The notes under the pieces were generated by a model that did not search any database, was not told the DNA's origin, and worked only from the letters and a program-made list of their open reading frames with translations. Positions 49,457 to 63,030 of a stretch of 64,000 nt of DNA are shown here, in pieces; the first letter of the stretch is position 1; each line of letters opens with the position of its first letter. The stretch spans positions 25,978,001 to 26,042,000 of the forward strand of contig JBHGNT010000003.1 in NCBI GenBank assembly GCA_043228905.1, given 5' to 3'. The translations under genes were made by a program, and so were the position numbers. The DNA is from Azolla caroliniana (Eukaryota; Plantae; Polypodiophyta).

Positions 49457-52400
49457 CTTCTCATCCATGGGTAAATCCCACACATTTTGGTGACATCCCA
49501 TCCCCATCCCCATATTTGGGGGGGGGGTTGGCAAGTCAGGCTAGCACTCAACCTCATCACACATACATACATACATACCCATCATGCCAAGTAGCTATAT
49601 TTATGAATGTAGGTAGATATAGTCTTATAGATATATATAGCTTCCGCATCTTCTCACACATGCATGTTCCATTTGCCTTCTTACGGTTTACCTTTGGTAA
49701 ATAAATAAATAAATATATTCTATAACTCTTTTTCTTTTAATGTCTCCCAACCTTGACCTCTCTCGGTGGCTATTTGTGTGGTCAATGTCAATTATATGTA
49801 AATTTTCGCACATTATGATCTTTATTTAATCAGTGGTCACCTTGCTATTTTAGTTGTCTTGCAAGCTGTGGCTGAATGTCCTTGACGTTTTTTGACCTTG
49901 CGAGGCCAAGACCATTTGTTTTGTAACTCGGAAGTGGATCCCCCCACATGAGGATCCTTCACCTTGACCCTATCTTCATTCATTTACTTTTGTCACAATC
50001 ATGTCTCCACCTTTGACCTCGACCTTGTTATTGCATTTGATGTTACAAGTTCTTACTAATCTCCCCACAAGAGGGTTTTCAACCTTGGCCTTCACTTTGC
50101 TATTTGTATTATATGTTGTTGTAGGTGAATCTCCCCAATATTAGGACATTTGACCTTACTCTCGACATTGTCCTTGTCATTACCCTTCACCTTCACCCTA
50201 CTATTTGCGTCATAAGCCACAACTAACGAATTACCCAAGATCCAATGCATCAACAACACTATGATATAGATAACATCCTCTTTGATGCACACAATGTGTG
50301 CGGGATCCCATCTTACAGAAGTATACATTGACCATGACAACTAGTGTCTTCTCACATGCACAACGTGCGGGAACCCCTTTGTACCAAATTACAAATTGTA
50401 TTAGGTCTCGAACCTTCACATTCCTAAGCCTTTCTTATCAAAGTAATATTCGTTTTAAAGTTATTATATCCTTGACCTCTTTACATTGACCATATCTTTG
50501 TTGACCTTAGCCATGATGCCCAAGCCTCCGCTGTCCACATATGTGAAATATGGAAGCCCATAATACCCGCAGTATTTTATGATTGACTCTTGTATTTGAA
50601 AAATGGTATCTCATTTATCAAAACACGGATTTAAATTCTAAACTTTGTATATTAATAGAGGGAGCAAAATCAAATATAATATAATATAATTGTTGAGAAT
50701 CAAACCCAACTTCCCCAATGAAGTGACTTTCACACTAGCAAGTGGACATATTAGGCTAGTGTTGTAAGTAGAAAGGGCAATTGCCCTTGGTTAGTTGGTA
50801 TTTAAACCAAACTTTTGTAACTTAGTTACTAGTTGGATTTAATCATTTTTCTTGTCTAATATAGCCTCTTGTTCTAATCTCTCTCTCTCTCTCTCTCTCT
50901 CTACTTGTCACACACACACACACACACACACATCTCTCTTCTGCTGCACAACATCACCTACACTCACGATTCTTTACATGGTATCAGAGCGTGTGGTTTT
51001 CTAATTGAGCTTGTTCAACTGTGTTGTGTCTCACGCCTACAGTCAAAATAGAATTGGCTCAGCACTAGAGAAGAAAAACGCCACCATGAACACTCAGATG
51101 GGAAGCGCTCTTCCTACAGAGAAGCTTGACAAGACAAACTTCACATCTTGGGAATACAAGATGCATCAATACCTTGTCGGTCAAGGATATTGGAGTTATA
51201 TCGAAGGAGCTCAAGAAACGCAACCCAACCCAACTCACGCTGACTACCCAACATGGGAGCAAGCGACAAGCTGTGTGTTGTATTGCCTTGCATCATGCGT
51301 TCATGATCACATGCTCAACTATATTCGAGAGGCAAAAATGTCAAAGGAAACTTGGGGCAATCTCAAGAATATTTCCGTGGCCAATACAACTACACGTCGG
51401 AGTTGAACAATATATAATGAAGGGATATGTCGATCACCAGCTATACCTTGAAAATCAAGGAGTTGTGCGATGCCCTCATATTGATTAACGTCATCATCGA
51501 CGATGAAGAAATGGTGCAAATAGGCTTTGGTGACTAAGCACCACGATTCGGCATGATCAAATCGGCCATCATTGCAAGGGAGAATCCCCCCTCATTTTTT
51601 CATCTATAGTCGATATTGTTGGTTGAGGAAAACCATGTTCGACAAAGGAGCAATGCACTCGATGGTCAGATGCTCTACTCCCAGTCGGATGAAGGAAGAG
51701 GATTCAGTCGATTCAGACGAGGCCGACGGGTTAGTTGGCCCGAGAACGCAATTCCCACCATTGGTAGGAGGTCAGGAATATTCCTAGGGAGTTCGGCAGA
51801 AGGGGGACCATCCTGCCGGACCAAGCCACCAAAACAACCCGATCGAATGCAGGTACTATGGAAAACTCGGCCACTACGAAGAGGAGTGCCAAAAGAAGAA
51901 ACGAGGGTGGGCTTCGACCAACTGACAACTCACGAGCTATGCCACAAATTCCAATTATGACGATCATGGCGGAATGTTCATAATGAGGCATAAAGCACAT
52001 TTGATGCCGACATAGGGTCCGAATAACACCTCTTCCTAAGACAATGTATGGTTTGTAGACTCTGGAGCGTCCAATCACATGACGTCTCACGAAGATTGGT
52101 TTCGAGAGTTGAGAAAGCCTGATCGACCCGGCTATGTCAAAAACATGACGTCTCACGAAGATTGGTTCTAAGAGTTGAGAAAGCCTAATCGACCCAGCTA
52201 CATCAAAACTGGAGATGACACAACTCACCCAATTCAACATATCAGAAATGTTCCATTCGAGAACAACGACAAACAAACTTACCTCAAGAACGTCTTGCAT
52301 GTCCCAACCATTACGAAAAATCTGGTCTCGGTTGGCTAGATAGTAGAACAAGGCATGCAAGTGCGGTTCAACAATGAAGGGCACTTCATTGAAAAACACG

Positions 52401-54722
52401 ATCGACTCATAGCTCACGGTCGATGAGAAGGCCAAATGTTCATCCTCGAGTTGAACGAGGTAAAATCAGCCATGTTTGTAGAAGGCCTCAAAGTCAAAAC
52501 TGACTTGAAACTGTGGCACAAGAGAATTGGCCACATCAATCTCCAAAAGCTCTAGAACATACAATCGAAAGGAGTTGTCATAGGACTCCTGTACTTTATG
52601 GAAATAGAGAGCACTAACATATGTGAGGTGTGCTAGTTCGGCAAATAACACTGACATCCATTCGCAATAGAGAGGAATGTGAGCAAAGGAGTCATCATGG
52701 ACGTAATCCACTTCGACGTATGGGGACCGGCACAGACAACCACATTCAGTGGATGCCGATATTGTCATGTTCATTGACGGCTTCTCCAGACACACCTGGA
52801 TCTACCATATGCGACAGAAGTACGAAGTGTTCAGACACTTCCAAAAATTTAAGAATGATGTCGAAAAAGCCATAGGTCGGCATGTCTGATGCCTTTGATC
52901 GGACGGAGGCAAGGAGTATTTATCAGATGAATTTACAACTTATCTCCGAAAGGAAGGAATTCAACGAGAATTCTCCTGCTGACATACACCCCGGCAAAAT
53001 GGATTAGCCGAACGAAAGATTCGACACATAGTAGAGGTAACTAGGGCAATGATGAACGAGAAGAACTTGTCGAAGTCGTACTGGGGAGAAGCGGCAAACA
53101 CAACCGTTTACCTTATGAATAGGTGTACAACCTCTACGGTACATGACGTTACTCCCCATGAGAAGTTCTTCGAAAAGAAGCCGGATTCATCCCATGACAG
53201 GATATTCGCCTCAATCGCTTATGTACATATTCCCGATGAAAAGCGACAAAAACTTGATCCAAAGTCGGAGAAATGTATCCTTGTAGGGTACTCACTTGAC
53301 CAAAAGGGGTACAAATGTTATAATCCATCTACCCGAAAAGTTCGAGTGAGTCAAGATGTCGTTTTCGACAAATTGGCATCCTAGTATGAATCAAAGAAGA
53401 CTTTGACCACAACCCCAGTCGACCCGGATTCGGTCGACCTAGAGATAGAAGATGAAGATCGACTTAGGCACATGTTCGAAGAAAGTTTGATTACAACCAG
53501 ACTGAGTGGACCTCAAGAGCCGAGCGATCAAAGCACATTGCGGCCGAGTCCGAAGTTGGACAAAGGGAAGGCCAAAATGCCGGAATACGAAGATCCGGTC
53601 GACATCGAGTCAACTCATTCCCTCAATAGCGAGCTCGAAGGCCTTGACGTCCTGGTTATCTAGACAAATGGAGTTAAGAAAGTCATAGTTGCCGCAAACA
53701 AGAAGTTCCGTCGCTCCACCCGAGAGAAAAACCCGGTTAGCCGATTCAGCTATGACAATTATATGGCATATCATTATGCCTTTATGATGAAGGTGGCGAC
53801 AATCTAAGAACTAGAAACTTTTTTCGAGGCAACCAAGGATTCACGATGAATCGAGGCCATGAACGAAGAAATGCAGGCTCTATGCAAGAATGAGACATGG
53901 GATCTCATCCCCCGTTCCCCACACAAGAAAGCGATCGGCTGCAAATGGATATATAAAGTGAAATATAATGCTGACGGCTTGGTCAACCGCCACAAGGCAA
54001 GACTCGTAGCTAAGGGATACGCTCAAACACACGGTGTTGATTATGAGGACACCTTTGCCCCGATGGCAAAGATGACAACTATTTAGACAATCATTGCTCT
54101 AGCAACTGCTAAAGGCTAGCACCTCCACCAAATGGACGTAAAGAACACCTTTTTTCAAGGTGAGTTAGTAGAGGAGGTCTTCATGATTCAACCACCTGGT
54201 TTCGAATTGACCAAGCATCCAACCACAATCTGCTGTTACCCCGTATGAGATGTACGGAGAGTCAAGTGTGGTGAGCGAGGGTCGAATATTATCACGATGA
54301 TGTTGTATATGTGTAGGGAACATAAATGTAATTGTGAGTCGATATGTATGTGAACACATGCACACGTGTGTGCATGTGGAGGGATACGATGAGGTGTGAG
54401 TGAGTGTCCAATATGAATGCTATAGGGGGCTTACACCCCTATGTATCTACCCCCTCTTGTACTATTTAACCCCCTTATGGGGAATGAATGAAACAGGAAT
54501 GAACATTTCTCTCTATCTCTCTTTTCATCTCTCTCTCTCTCTCTCTCCCCCTCAACGTTGAACCCCTTGGGAGGGGGGTGGAGCCATTCTAGGCACCACC
54601 CCCCACCCCGCAATGCTCATCAATGTCATCCTTACCCCGCAATGCTTCTCAATAATTCTCAACATCTTCATGTCAATCTCTCTCACCATCATACTCTTCA
54701 TCATCTTTGCTATTTCACCATG

Positions 54723-56759
54723 TGTCATGATAACAGTCACATCATGCATCGAAAGGATCATGACACTCACATTATGACTCGAAAGGATTTGAACCCACGA
54801 CCTTGTTGTACACATGTCAAATCCTTAACCATTGTATTAATATTCTTATATGTATAGTCTCTAGAATATGAAATCTAATATCATAGGAATATTCTATATT
54901 ACTCTACATTCTAGAATGACCTAGAATATTCTAGAGTGTTCTATACCACTAGAACCTTCTACAAGTTTTGCAACATTGCCATGACTCACCAATGGCTGGT
55001 CATTTTGGAGTTCACAAGACTCTAGAATTAATTTCTCGACGCTATTGGTGGCCTCGCCTTCGTCATTTTGTTGAGGAGTATGTTCGGAGTTGTGATATAT
55101 GTTGTCGATCAAAGAATCCTCGTCACCGACCCTATGGCTTACTACAACCACTTCCCATTCCGGAAACACCTTGGAAGTCTATATCCTTGGACTTCATTAC
55201 TGATCTCCCAGTTTCAAAAGGTTTTGATGCAATTCTCACAATGGTTGATCGATTTACCAAAATGGCACATTTCTTGCCATGTACAAAGTCAATTACTAGT
55301 CAAGAGACGGCTGATCTCGTTATGCGGGAGGTATTTAAGCATCATGGTCTGCCAGATGATATTATTAGTGATCGTGGTCCACAATTCATCTCAAAGTTTT
55401 GGAAGCACCTGTTCAAACTTCTCCACATTTCAGTTAAGCTTTCTTCGGGCTATCATCCTGAAACAAATGGCCAAACAGAGCGTACCAACCAGACATTGGA
55501 ACAATATCTTCGTTGTTTCATCAACTATCAACAAGATGATTGGGTTGCATTTTTGCACTTGGCGGAATTCGCTTACAACAACTCAGCCCATTCTTCTACA
55601 GGATATTCCCCATTTTTCGCAAATACGGGCTGTCATCCTCGATGGACGATGAATGCGCATCCAGAAGTTCCTACCAACCCTGCTGCTGAGGATCGTCTTA
55701 GTCGCCTCCAAGAAATTCAAGCTAACATTCTCCACAATTTGCACGATGCTCAATTTACACACAAGAGGCTTGCCGATCGTCATCGTCTAGACTCCTCAAA
55801 AAAGTTCCGCATTGGGGATCATGTATGGCTTCTCCAACACAACATCAAGACCACTCGACCTTGTAGTAAATTGGATTACCAACGTTTTGGCCCTTACATG
55901 ATCACTGGTAAGATAAGTGATGTTGCATTTCGTCTTGACCTCCCTCCGCACATGCATCTTCATCCGGTGTTTCATGTATCCCTTTTGGAACCTTATACTA
56001 CAAGTTCAATTCCGGGCCGTCTTACGACACCCCCACCACCTGTCGAGTTCTTGGACGGGCCTGAATTTGAAGTTGCTGCCGTTCTCGATTCTAAAATCGT
56101 GCGCAACAAGTTGTATTACTTGGTCGATTGGCTAGGCTATACCCCCAATGATCGAACTTGGGAACCTGCCACAAATCTTTCCAATGCTGCAGAACTCGTC
56201 AATGCATTTCATCGCCAATATCCTTGTAAACCAGGTCCTAATACAAACCCTACGACCCGTGAGACGTGTCGTCGAAGAAGGGGGATAGTGTCATGATAAC
56301 AGTCACATCATGCATCGAAAGGATCATGACACTCACATTATGACTCGAAAGGATTTGAACCCACGACCTTGTTGTACACATGTCAAATCCTTAACCATTG
56401 TATTAATATTCTTATATGTATAGTCTCTAGAATATGAAATCTAATATCATAGGAATATTCTATATTACTCTACATTCTAGAATGACCTAGAATATTCTAG
56501 AGTGTTCTATACCACTAGAACCTTCTAGAATACTCTAGAGATCTTCTAGATTACTCTACATTCTAGGATAACCTAGAATATTCTAGAGAGTTCTCTATTA
56601 CTTATAAATAGGGATCTACCACCCATCCCAAACCTAAATTGGTTCAACGCCATTTTGTAGCCTACTCTTTGTAATCCATTTTACGCTTCAATATAATAAT
56701 TCTCTTTCAATTATCTCTCTATCTCTTTTTCTCTCTCTTTCTCTCTCTCAGTCTTGACA
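54723..56759 (+). mobile_element. Internally deleted chromovirus (Tcn1-like Gypsy)
   Basis: TSD CCATG (54718-54722, 56760-56764); partial 5' LTR 54723-~54962; full 3' LTR 56289-56759; PPT AGAAGGGGGATAG. Confidence 0.92.
54962..56296 (+). CDS. Uninterrupted integrase plus chromodomain frame (no native start; gag/PR/RT deleted)
   Basis: HDSPMAGHFG...CDIC; SLDFITDLP, SDRGPQF, TNGQTER; GPY; FEVAAVLDSK...YLVDWLGY...TWEP. Confidence 0.88.
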   Translation, partial: QVLQHCHDSPMAGHFGVHKTLELISRRYWWPRLRHFVEEYVRSCDICCRSKNPRHRPYGLLQPLPIPETPWKSISLDFITDLPVSKGFDAILTMVDRFTKMAHFLPCTKSITSQETADLVMREVFKHHGLPDDIISDRGPQFISKFWKHLFKLLHISVKLSSGYHPETNGQTERTNQTLEQYLRCFINYQQDDWVAFLHLAEFAYNNSAHSSTGYSPFFANTGCHPRWTMNAHPEVPTNPAAEDRLSRLQEIQANILHNLHDAQFTHKRLADRHRLDSSKKFRIGDHVWLLQHNIKTTRPCSKLDYQRFGPYMITGKISDVAFRLDLPPHMHLHPVFHVSLLEPYTTSSIPGRLTTPPPPVEFLDGPEFEVAAVLDSKIVRNKLYYLVDWLGYTPNDRTWEPATNLSNAAELVNAFHRQYPCKPGPNTNPTTRETCRRRRGIVS

Positions 56760-58391
56760 CCATGTCTATCTTCGTCATCGTTAACCATCATCATCCTTAA
56801 CCCTAACCCTAACTCTAAAACCTACAACATCTGCCGACTCAAGAAGCCATTGTACAGACTCAAGCAAGCACCACGTGCTTGGCACTCGAAGATCACTCAG
56901 TATCTTCATCAAATCAGCTTTCGAATGCCAAAATTGGATAATTCCCTCTACATCAGAAGCATGTCTGACAACTGATTGTCATCATCCTGTACGTGGATGA
57001 TCTAGTCATCAGAGGAACGAATCTTGCCAATATTAGTAAGGTCAAATCACTCCTATCCGGTAGATTCGAAATGAAAGAAATGCACGAGCTCCATTACTTC
57101 CTCGGTATAGAAGTAATTAGGACACCAGTTGGGATTTTGATCTATCAGTGACACTACATCCTCAACTTGCTCTACAAGTTCGGGATGACTGAGTGCAAAC
57201 CTATGTCCACCCCCCTCGATCGAGATTTGAAACCTTAAGCTCGATGCTAACTTAGGAACACAAGAGTGCGAGCTGACTCAGTATCGTCAACTAATTGACA
57301 ACGTAATCTATTTAACCATCACACGACCCTATCTTAGCTATTCGATCGGTCTACTTAGTCAATTCATGCGGAAAGCTCGGGATATTCATCTGGATTGCGC
57401 TAAGAGGGTACTCAAGTATGTGCGTTGGATGATGGATTATGGTATCATGTATAAGTCGGACACGATCGTTCGACTCGAAGAGTACACAGATGCAGATTAG
57501 GCCGGTTATAAGGCTGACAGACGATCAACTTCAGGATTCGTCCTCTCCATCGACAACGGAGCAATCTCCTGGAGCAACAAAAAGCAATCGACAGTCGCAT
57601 TGTCGAGCATAGAAGTCGAATATAGGGTCGCGGCTGTCACTGCATGTGAAGCCATTTGGCTTAATCATATATTGAAGGATTTGGGCGTTCCCATCACGGA
57701 TCCGATTCTCCTGTACTACGACAACATGAGTAGAATTCATCTAGCTCGGAAACCCCTATTCCACGCATGCACGAAGCATATCGAATTACAACAGGTCAAT
57801 ATGCACTATCACTTCATCCGAGAGCACGTTTAGGCTGGAGATGTCGACCTGTTGCACATTAGCACGAACCTTCAGGTTGCTGACATTTTCACAAAGGCCT
57901 TAGGAGTTGACAAGCTCAGGCAATTTTCATCTGACCTTGATCTTACGGTCTCTGCATTACCGAGCTTGAGGGGGAGTACAACAACAGATGTTGAGTAAAA
58001 CCCTTGAATGATTCGAACGAAGAGGTTGCTACATGCAACAGAATAACAATCGACCGGTTGATCAGTGGACACAAATCAAACAATGAGCCGAAATAATCGA
58101 AGCCGGCTGACCATCCAGCCACAGAGGTGAGAAACCTAGAAAGCTAAAATGAGCCGAACAACAACACAATCTCTCCGACAACAAGAAGTTGTGTTCGAAG
58201 GGGCGTGATGAGAATTAAACCCAACTTCCCTAGTGAAGTGGCTTTTGCACTAGCAAGTGGACATACTAGGCTAGTGTTGTAAATAGTAGAAAGCCGTTGC
58301 CCTAGGTTAGTTGGTATTTAAATAAACCTTTTGTAACTTAGTTACTAGTTGGATGTAAATAATTTTTCTTGTCTAATATAGCCTCTTGTTC

Positions 58392-58440
<49 letters not shown>

Positions 58441-58444
58441 ATTG

Positions 58445-58481
<37 letters not shown>

Positions 58482-61099
58482 TCACTTCTACTGCACAACA
58501 TCACCTACACTCACGATTCTTTTTATAAGCCTATTAAACTATGATAAATTTTTATAATTTCGTGTTATTGCGTGCATCACAATGAATATCGGCTTACTAG
58601 TAAAGAAAAGTTTCCCTTTTAGACACTCTGTTGTTATATATAACGACCACCTAAATTATATATATATTGTTTCTTCATTACGTGCTTATCTTTGTGGACC
58701 TAGTTGAAAAATATGTGAATATTCAAAAAGTTAAATTCCTTCAAACGACCCCTTTGAGCAACATATTGATGCAAATATAAGGTGTCAATATATAGCACTT
58801 GAAGTTATTGAATACGGATTAGGCTATAAAAAACGAGTGTTTGTAGCATGTAATGTGTTATACTTATACACGTTGCAACATTATTTTCCAATCAATGAAG
58901 ATCTGAAGTATAGTCAACAAATCTTTTTGGTAGGCAACACCGGGACATTTAAAACAGGTAATATGTTGCATTTTGAGAACTGTCCATAAAAAAATGACAC
59001 AAATTAGGGTGATTCACAAAAAGGGGTGCCACATGTGTAAAGGATTTTAAAAAATGACCCAAAAATATATTGATTTCTAGCATGTACGAAAATTTAGGTG
59101 TTCAAAAAAATGCCTAGATACGTGTAACGTGCCTAAAGCCTCTTTGTGTATCACATGTCAACAACCATCCTTGTGCCCATACCGTCTTGTATAAATGCAT
59201 TTCTCTGAATATAGCTAGTCCCAAACCTTCACACGTGTCAAATATAACTTTCCGGATTAAGATTACCACTCTCATATGGACATGCTTTAAATACAAACTT
59301 TGCAATCTTTCAATACATCCCATTAAAAAATTGTTAAGAACTATCGAGTGTCGCGTGCTTGCAAATATGATGGACCTCATACATTTTTGGAATGTAGTCA
59401 CAATGTTTCTAGAAATAAAATTGGCATGCATTCATATGTTAAGGAAAACCAAGAATATGTCAACACTCATTCTGAACTCAACTAAAACATGCATATAGAC
59501 TATGATGTTAAAGTCTTGTCAAACATGCCAAAATCCACACCGTTTCAAGCTTTTATGCAATTCAGAGTCACCACCCACGAGGAAAAGAAAGAGAGAGAAG
59601 TCCATAAAGTTTCAAGCTCCTTGTACTCATTAAGGTAATGGCTATGACATATTACATCAAGAACCTCACTTTGAACTATCAATAAGGACAATTATGACGC
59701 AAAATATGTTGCAAGTGATGCTTCATTTAAAGATGTGTGATTCTTTTACATCACTTTCGACAACATATAATTCGTAGCACTTATTGTCTAAGGAGTTGTG
59801 ATGGAGAGAGAATAAAATTAGAGAGGAAAGTTCAAAAGAAGAATAAGGAGAGGGGTATTAAGTTTTAATTTCTTAAAAAAAGGCCAATGATGTTCTGTGA
59901 ACCAAAGTAACATCCATCGTGTTTATCTGCAAACAATAGATAGAGATAAAAAGGTAAATTTCGCCATGTTGACCAATCACATGACATACCCTATCTTGAT
60001 TGTAATGTTGTGCTTGAGTAGGAACAACTCAAGCCCTAGATGCATTGTTATGATGACTCTTATTTGTTTGTGGAGAGGGTGTTTGATTCTTCCCCCATGC
60101 AATCTAGGACGTCTCTTAGCCCTAACTTCATAAACTTTCTCCACTATAATCCCACTTTCCGCTTACAAACTCAATTTGGCTTAAGTGAGATGATAGGGCA
60201 TGTGGTATACATGCCCTATCATGCTTACTGTTCAATATGCTTACTCTCAACCTATCTTTTGACTTCAACTTACTGTTCAATATGCCAAAGAATGATGTAT
60301 TATATTCCATGATGATCGATGCATAAAAAACAACAATAAAATTATCCAATGACCACATTGCAATCTATGAGGTTTAAGAAGAATCTCACGATTACGATTC
60401 AGGGCCACCTTGTCTAAATTAGAAATTTACATGAGTATTATACCATAAAAGACGAATGAAAGTTCCATGTGTATTTTAGAGGTATAACTTGTTCTACTAA
60501 AGATTATGAGCTCTTTTCAAGTGAATTTTCCTCCCTTTTTTTTGCCATTGGAGAACTTGTACCTCTATTTGATATGATTGTAGAATCATTTGTTTCCTTG
60601 GTGTTTGATGCATACCAACTTATGTCAATACAATTTTCCAATCATGATCACCATCTAGAATCATGAGAAGATTCAAGAAACTCATCAACATAATATCAAC
60701 TCATTCTCTCCAACTTCCTTCCTTACATGATTCTCCATCCTAATTCGGTAAAAGACAAAATAAAAGTTCCAAAAGGATTTAAATATTTAACTTTCCCTAC
60801 TAATGATTACTTGTACCTTTCATATGAATACTCCGCTTAGTCTATGCACACAATTATTCAATGACAAATGTCTCTATATATGAGTTGTGAGAAGAACCTC
60901 ATTAGTATAATTGCAACTTACTCTCTCCAACTTCCTTGTTTACATTAATGTCCTTACAATTCCGTAAAAGACCACCTCAAAATCACTTAATCATTTGGGG
61001 ATGTAACTTGTTTCAATTTACATACTTACAAGCCCCTTTAATATGAATTTACCTCATAAAAGTTTAGTCACATACTTACTATTCAAAGTAAGAATCACA

Positions 61100-62600
61100 T
61101 TATTCCATGGTTTTTTCAAGTAAGGCATGATGGATGAACTTTAACCTTGGTGACCATATGTGAATGTCTAATTGATGCTTCAGATGTGGAGTATGATAAC
61201 TAAAAGAGAAATAGAGATTCAATCACTATGCAATGACTAGAATCTAGTGCTAGTACACGAAGTACAAACTATGCAAATTGTGCCTTTGACTCTTCCTAGA
61301 CAAGGAGATCTTGTGGTTATATTTGCCTTTGTAAAAACCAACTCATTCTAGTTTGTAGTATTATGTGATGAATGGGCTTCATTTGCTAAATTATAAGCTA
61401 TCAATTATGGTGTTATTTTTAAGACTATGCTAATATAAAATGCTTTACAATATAAATATTTTTTCACTTAAGCAAATTATCCTCATTATTTCATTTGTTG
61501 CTTTTGTAAAGGGGTGATTAAACATATGCAGGCAATATTTGCCACCATTGACATAAGAGACATCTCCTTGGTCCTAAGTAACAATCAGCAACGGTTTGGT
61601 TCGGTTTGAGAGTGTCAAAACCAAACCATTTAAAAATTTTGAAACTTGAACCAAACCACGAACCATGAAACTGTTAAAAAATTTCAAACCATTAAACTGT
61701 TAAAACTGTGGTTTGGTTTTGGTTTTCAACTTAGGTCAAAATTCAAAATTCAAAATTCAAAATATTTAATTATTTTAAAATTTAAAGATTTTCCTAAAAT
61801 GTGAGAATAAGGCCTGAAAATGAAAAGTTTGTTTAAAAACAATTAAAAAAAAAAAAAACCCATTAAACTGAACGGAACCGTTTAAACCATTAAGCCATGG
61901 TTTCGTAGTTCAACTCGGTTCAAACGTACCATTGCCAACTATTAGTCCAAAGAATGGAGATTTTCAATCTAGAACAAGGGAAACATATCCTTCCATTAGT
62001 TTTTAAAAGCATATAAGCAACAAAATACAAAATAGATGGAAAGGAAGCGACTATCCTTACCAAGTCTGTCTTGTGTAAGACAATGGCTAGCCATGAATCC
62101 TTCATTTGATAGATTTGATTGAGCACTTCCTCAATTTTCCCATTCTCAGCATATCCTACAATCAGTGCATTCCAAGAGACCTGTTCGTGGACTAAAAGCA
62201 TGTTAAATACTACCTATTCCTGGCCAAGCGATCCACATTTAGCATACATATCCACTAATGTATTGCCGATGAAATAATCTCTTTCAATAGTTTTTTGTAT
62301 AATTTCTTTGTGAATTTCATTGCATGCTAATGTAGCTATAATGTTACCACATGCTTTTAGGTAGCAAACAAAGTGGGACAGTATTTGTAGGGATGCCTAG
62401 TCTTTGCATTTGCTCAAAGAGGGAAAGATATCCATGTTCCACATATCCTGCAGCCAATATATTCCATGAAATTGCATGTTTCATAGGAAGATCATCGAAA
62501 ATTTCCTTTGTTATTGAGAGAAAACCACATTTGGCATACATATCACTAAGGTTTTGGCAATGAAGGTCTCGGTCTGTAACCCTTTCTTCACAATATCGTC
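61100..62600 (-). pseudogene. PLS-class PPR pseudogene fragments
   Basis: MYAKCGFL...ISWNILAAGYVEHG; NTLVDMYAKCGSL..VSWNALIVGYAENG; stops and frameshifts; AT-rich insert at ~61590-61935. Confidence 0.8.
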
Positions 62601-62844
62601 ATATGGAAACATATCAATTTATTGTTACTAGCCATTAATCAATGTATTGCTCCCTATTCAACCACTTAATTCTTTCCATCCTTTTTGCCCGTTTCTAGAA
62701 CAATCTATTTCTTTCATCCCAAAATTTCCATCATAATTTTCCTTTTTGCTATAGTTTTGATGTCATATTTTTTATACATAGAAGATAATGTCCATGTATA
62801 ATCTTCACCAAGTCGCATAATTATTAATTCACCTTGGAGCTAAA

Positions 62845-63030
62845 AACATTCTAAAGTGTTGAAGATTTGATATCATAACATATAGGTTGTTTGATTGTAC
62901 CTTGGCCAAAGTGAATGGTACATGACATAAATGAGACTAACATTCTATAGTGTTGAAGATTTGATATCATAACATATAGGTTGTTTGATTGTATCTTGGC
63001 CAAAGTGAATGGTACGTGACATAAATGAGA
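62845..63030. repeat. Tandem duplication, 2 x ~94 bp
   Basis: AACATTCTA.AGTGTTGAAGATTTG...CATAAATGAGACT occurs twice. Confidence 0.9.

Larger units (their letters stand above)
54234..56829. mobile_element. Probable solo LTR (~554 bp without its insert) inside the Copia RT
   Basis: TGTTA...CAACA ends; 5-bp TSD TCTGC (54229-54233, 56830-56834) splitting I-C-R-L-K-K. Confidence 0.8.
50691..58525 (+). mobile_element. Ty1/Copia LTR retrotransposon, degenerate, RT interrupted by nested insertions
   Basis: LTRs 50691-50978 and 58206-~58525; PBS TGGTATCAGAGC; gag KLDKTNFTSWEYKM, knuckle, [34 protein letters not shown]...TKHIE; PPT GAAGGGGCG. Confidence 0.93.

Noticed and set aside
58570-58615. CTAGT motif suggesting a Helitron 3' end or CACTA terminus
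   Set aside because: No convincing hairpin and no matching opposite terminus found.
61588-61935. Candidate hAT-like MITE (GCAACGGT...ACCATTGC, AAACC repeats) in the PPR pseudogene
   Set aside because: TIR is short and imperfect and no TSD could be identified; noted only as an AT-rich insert.
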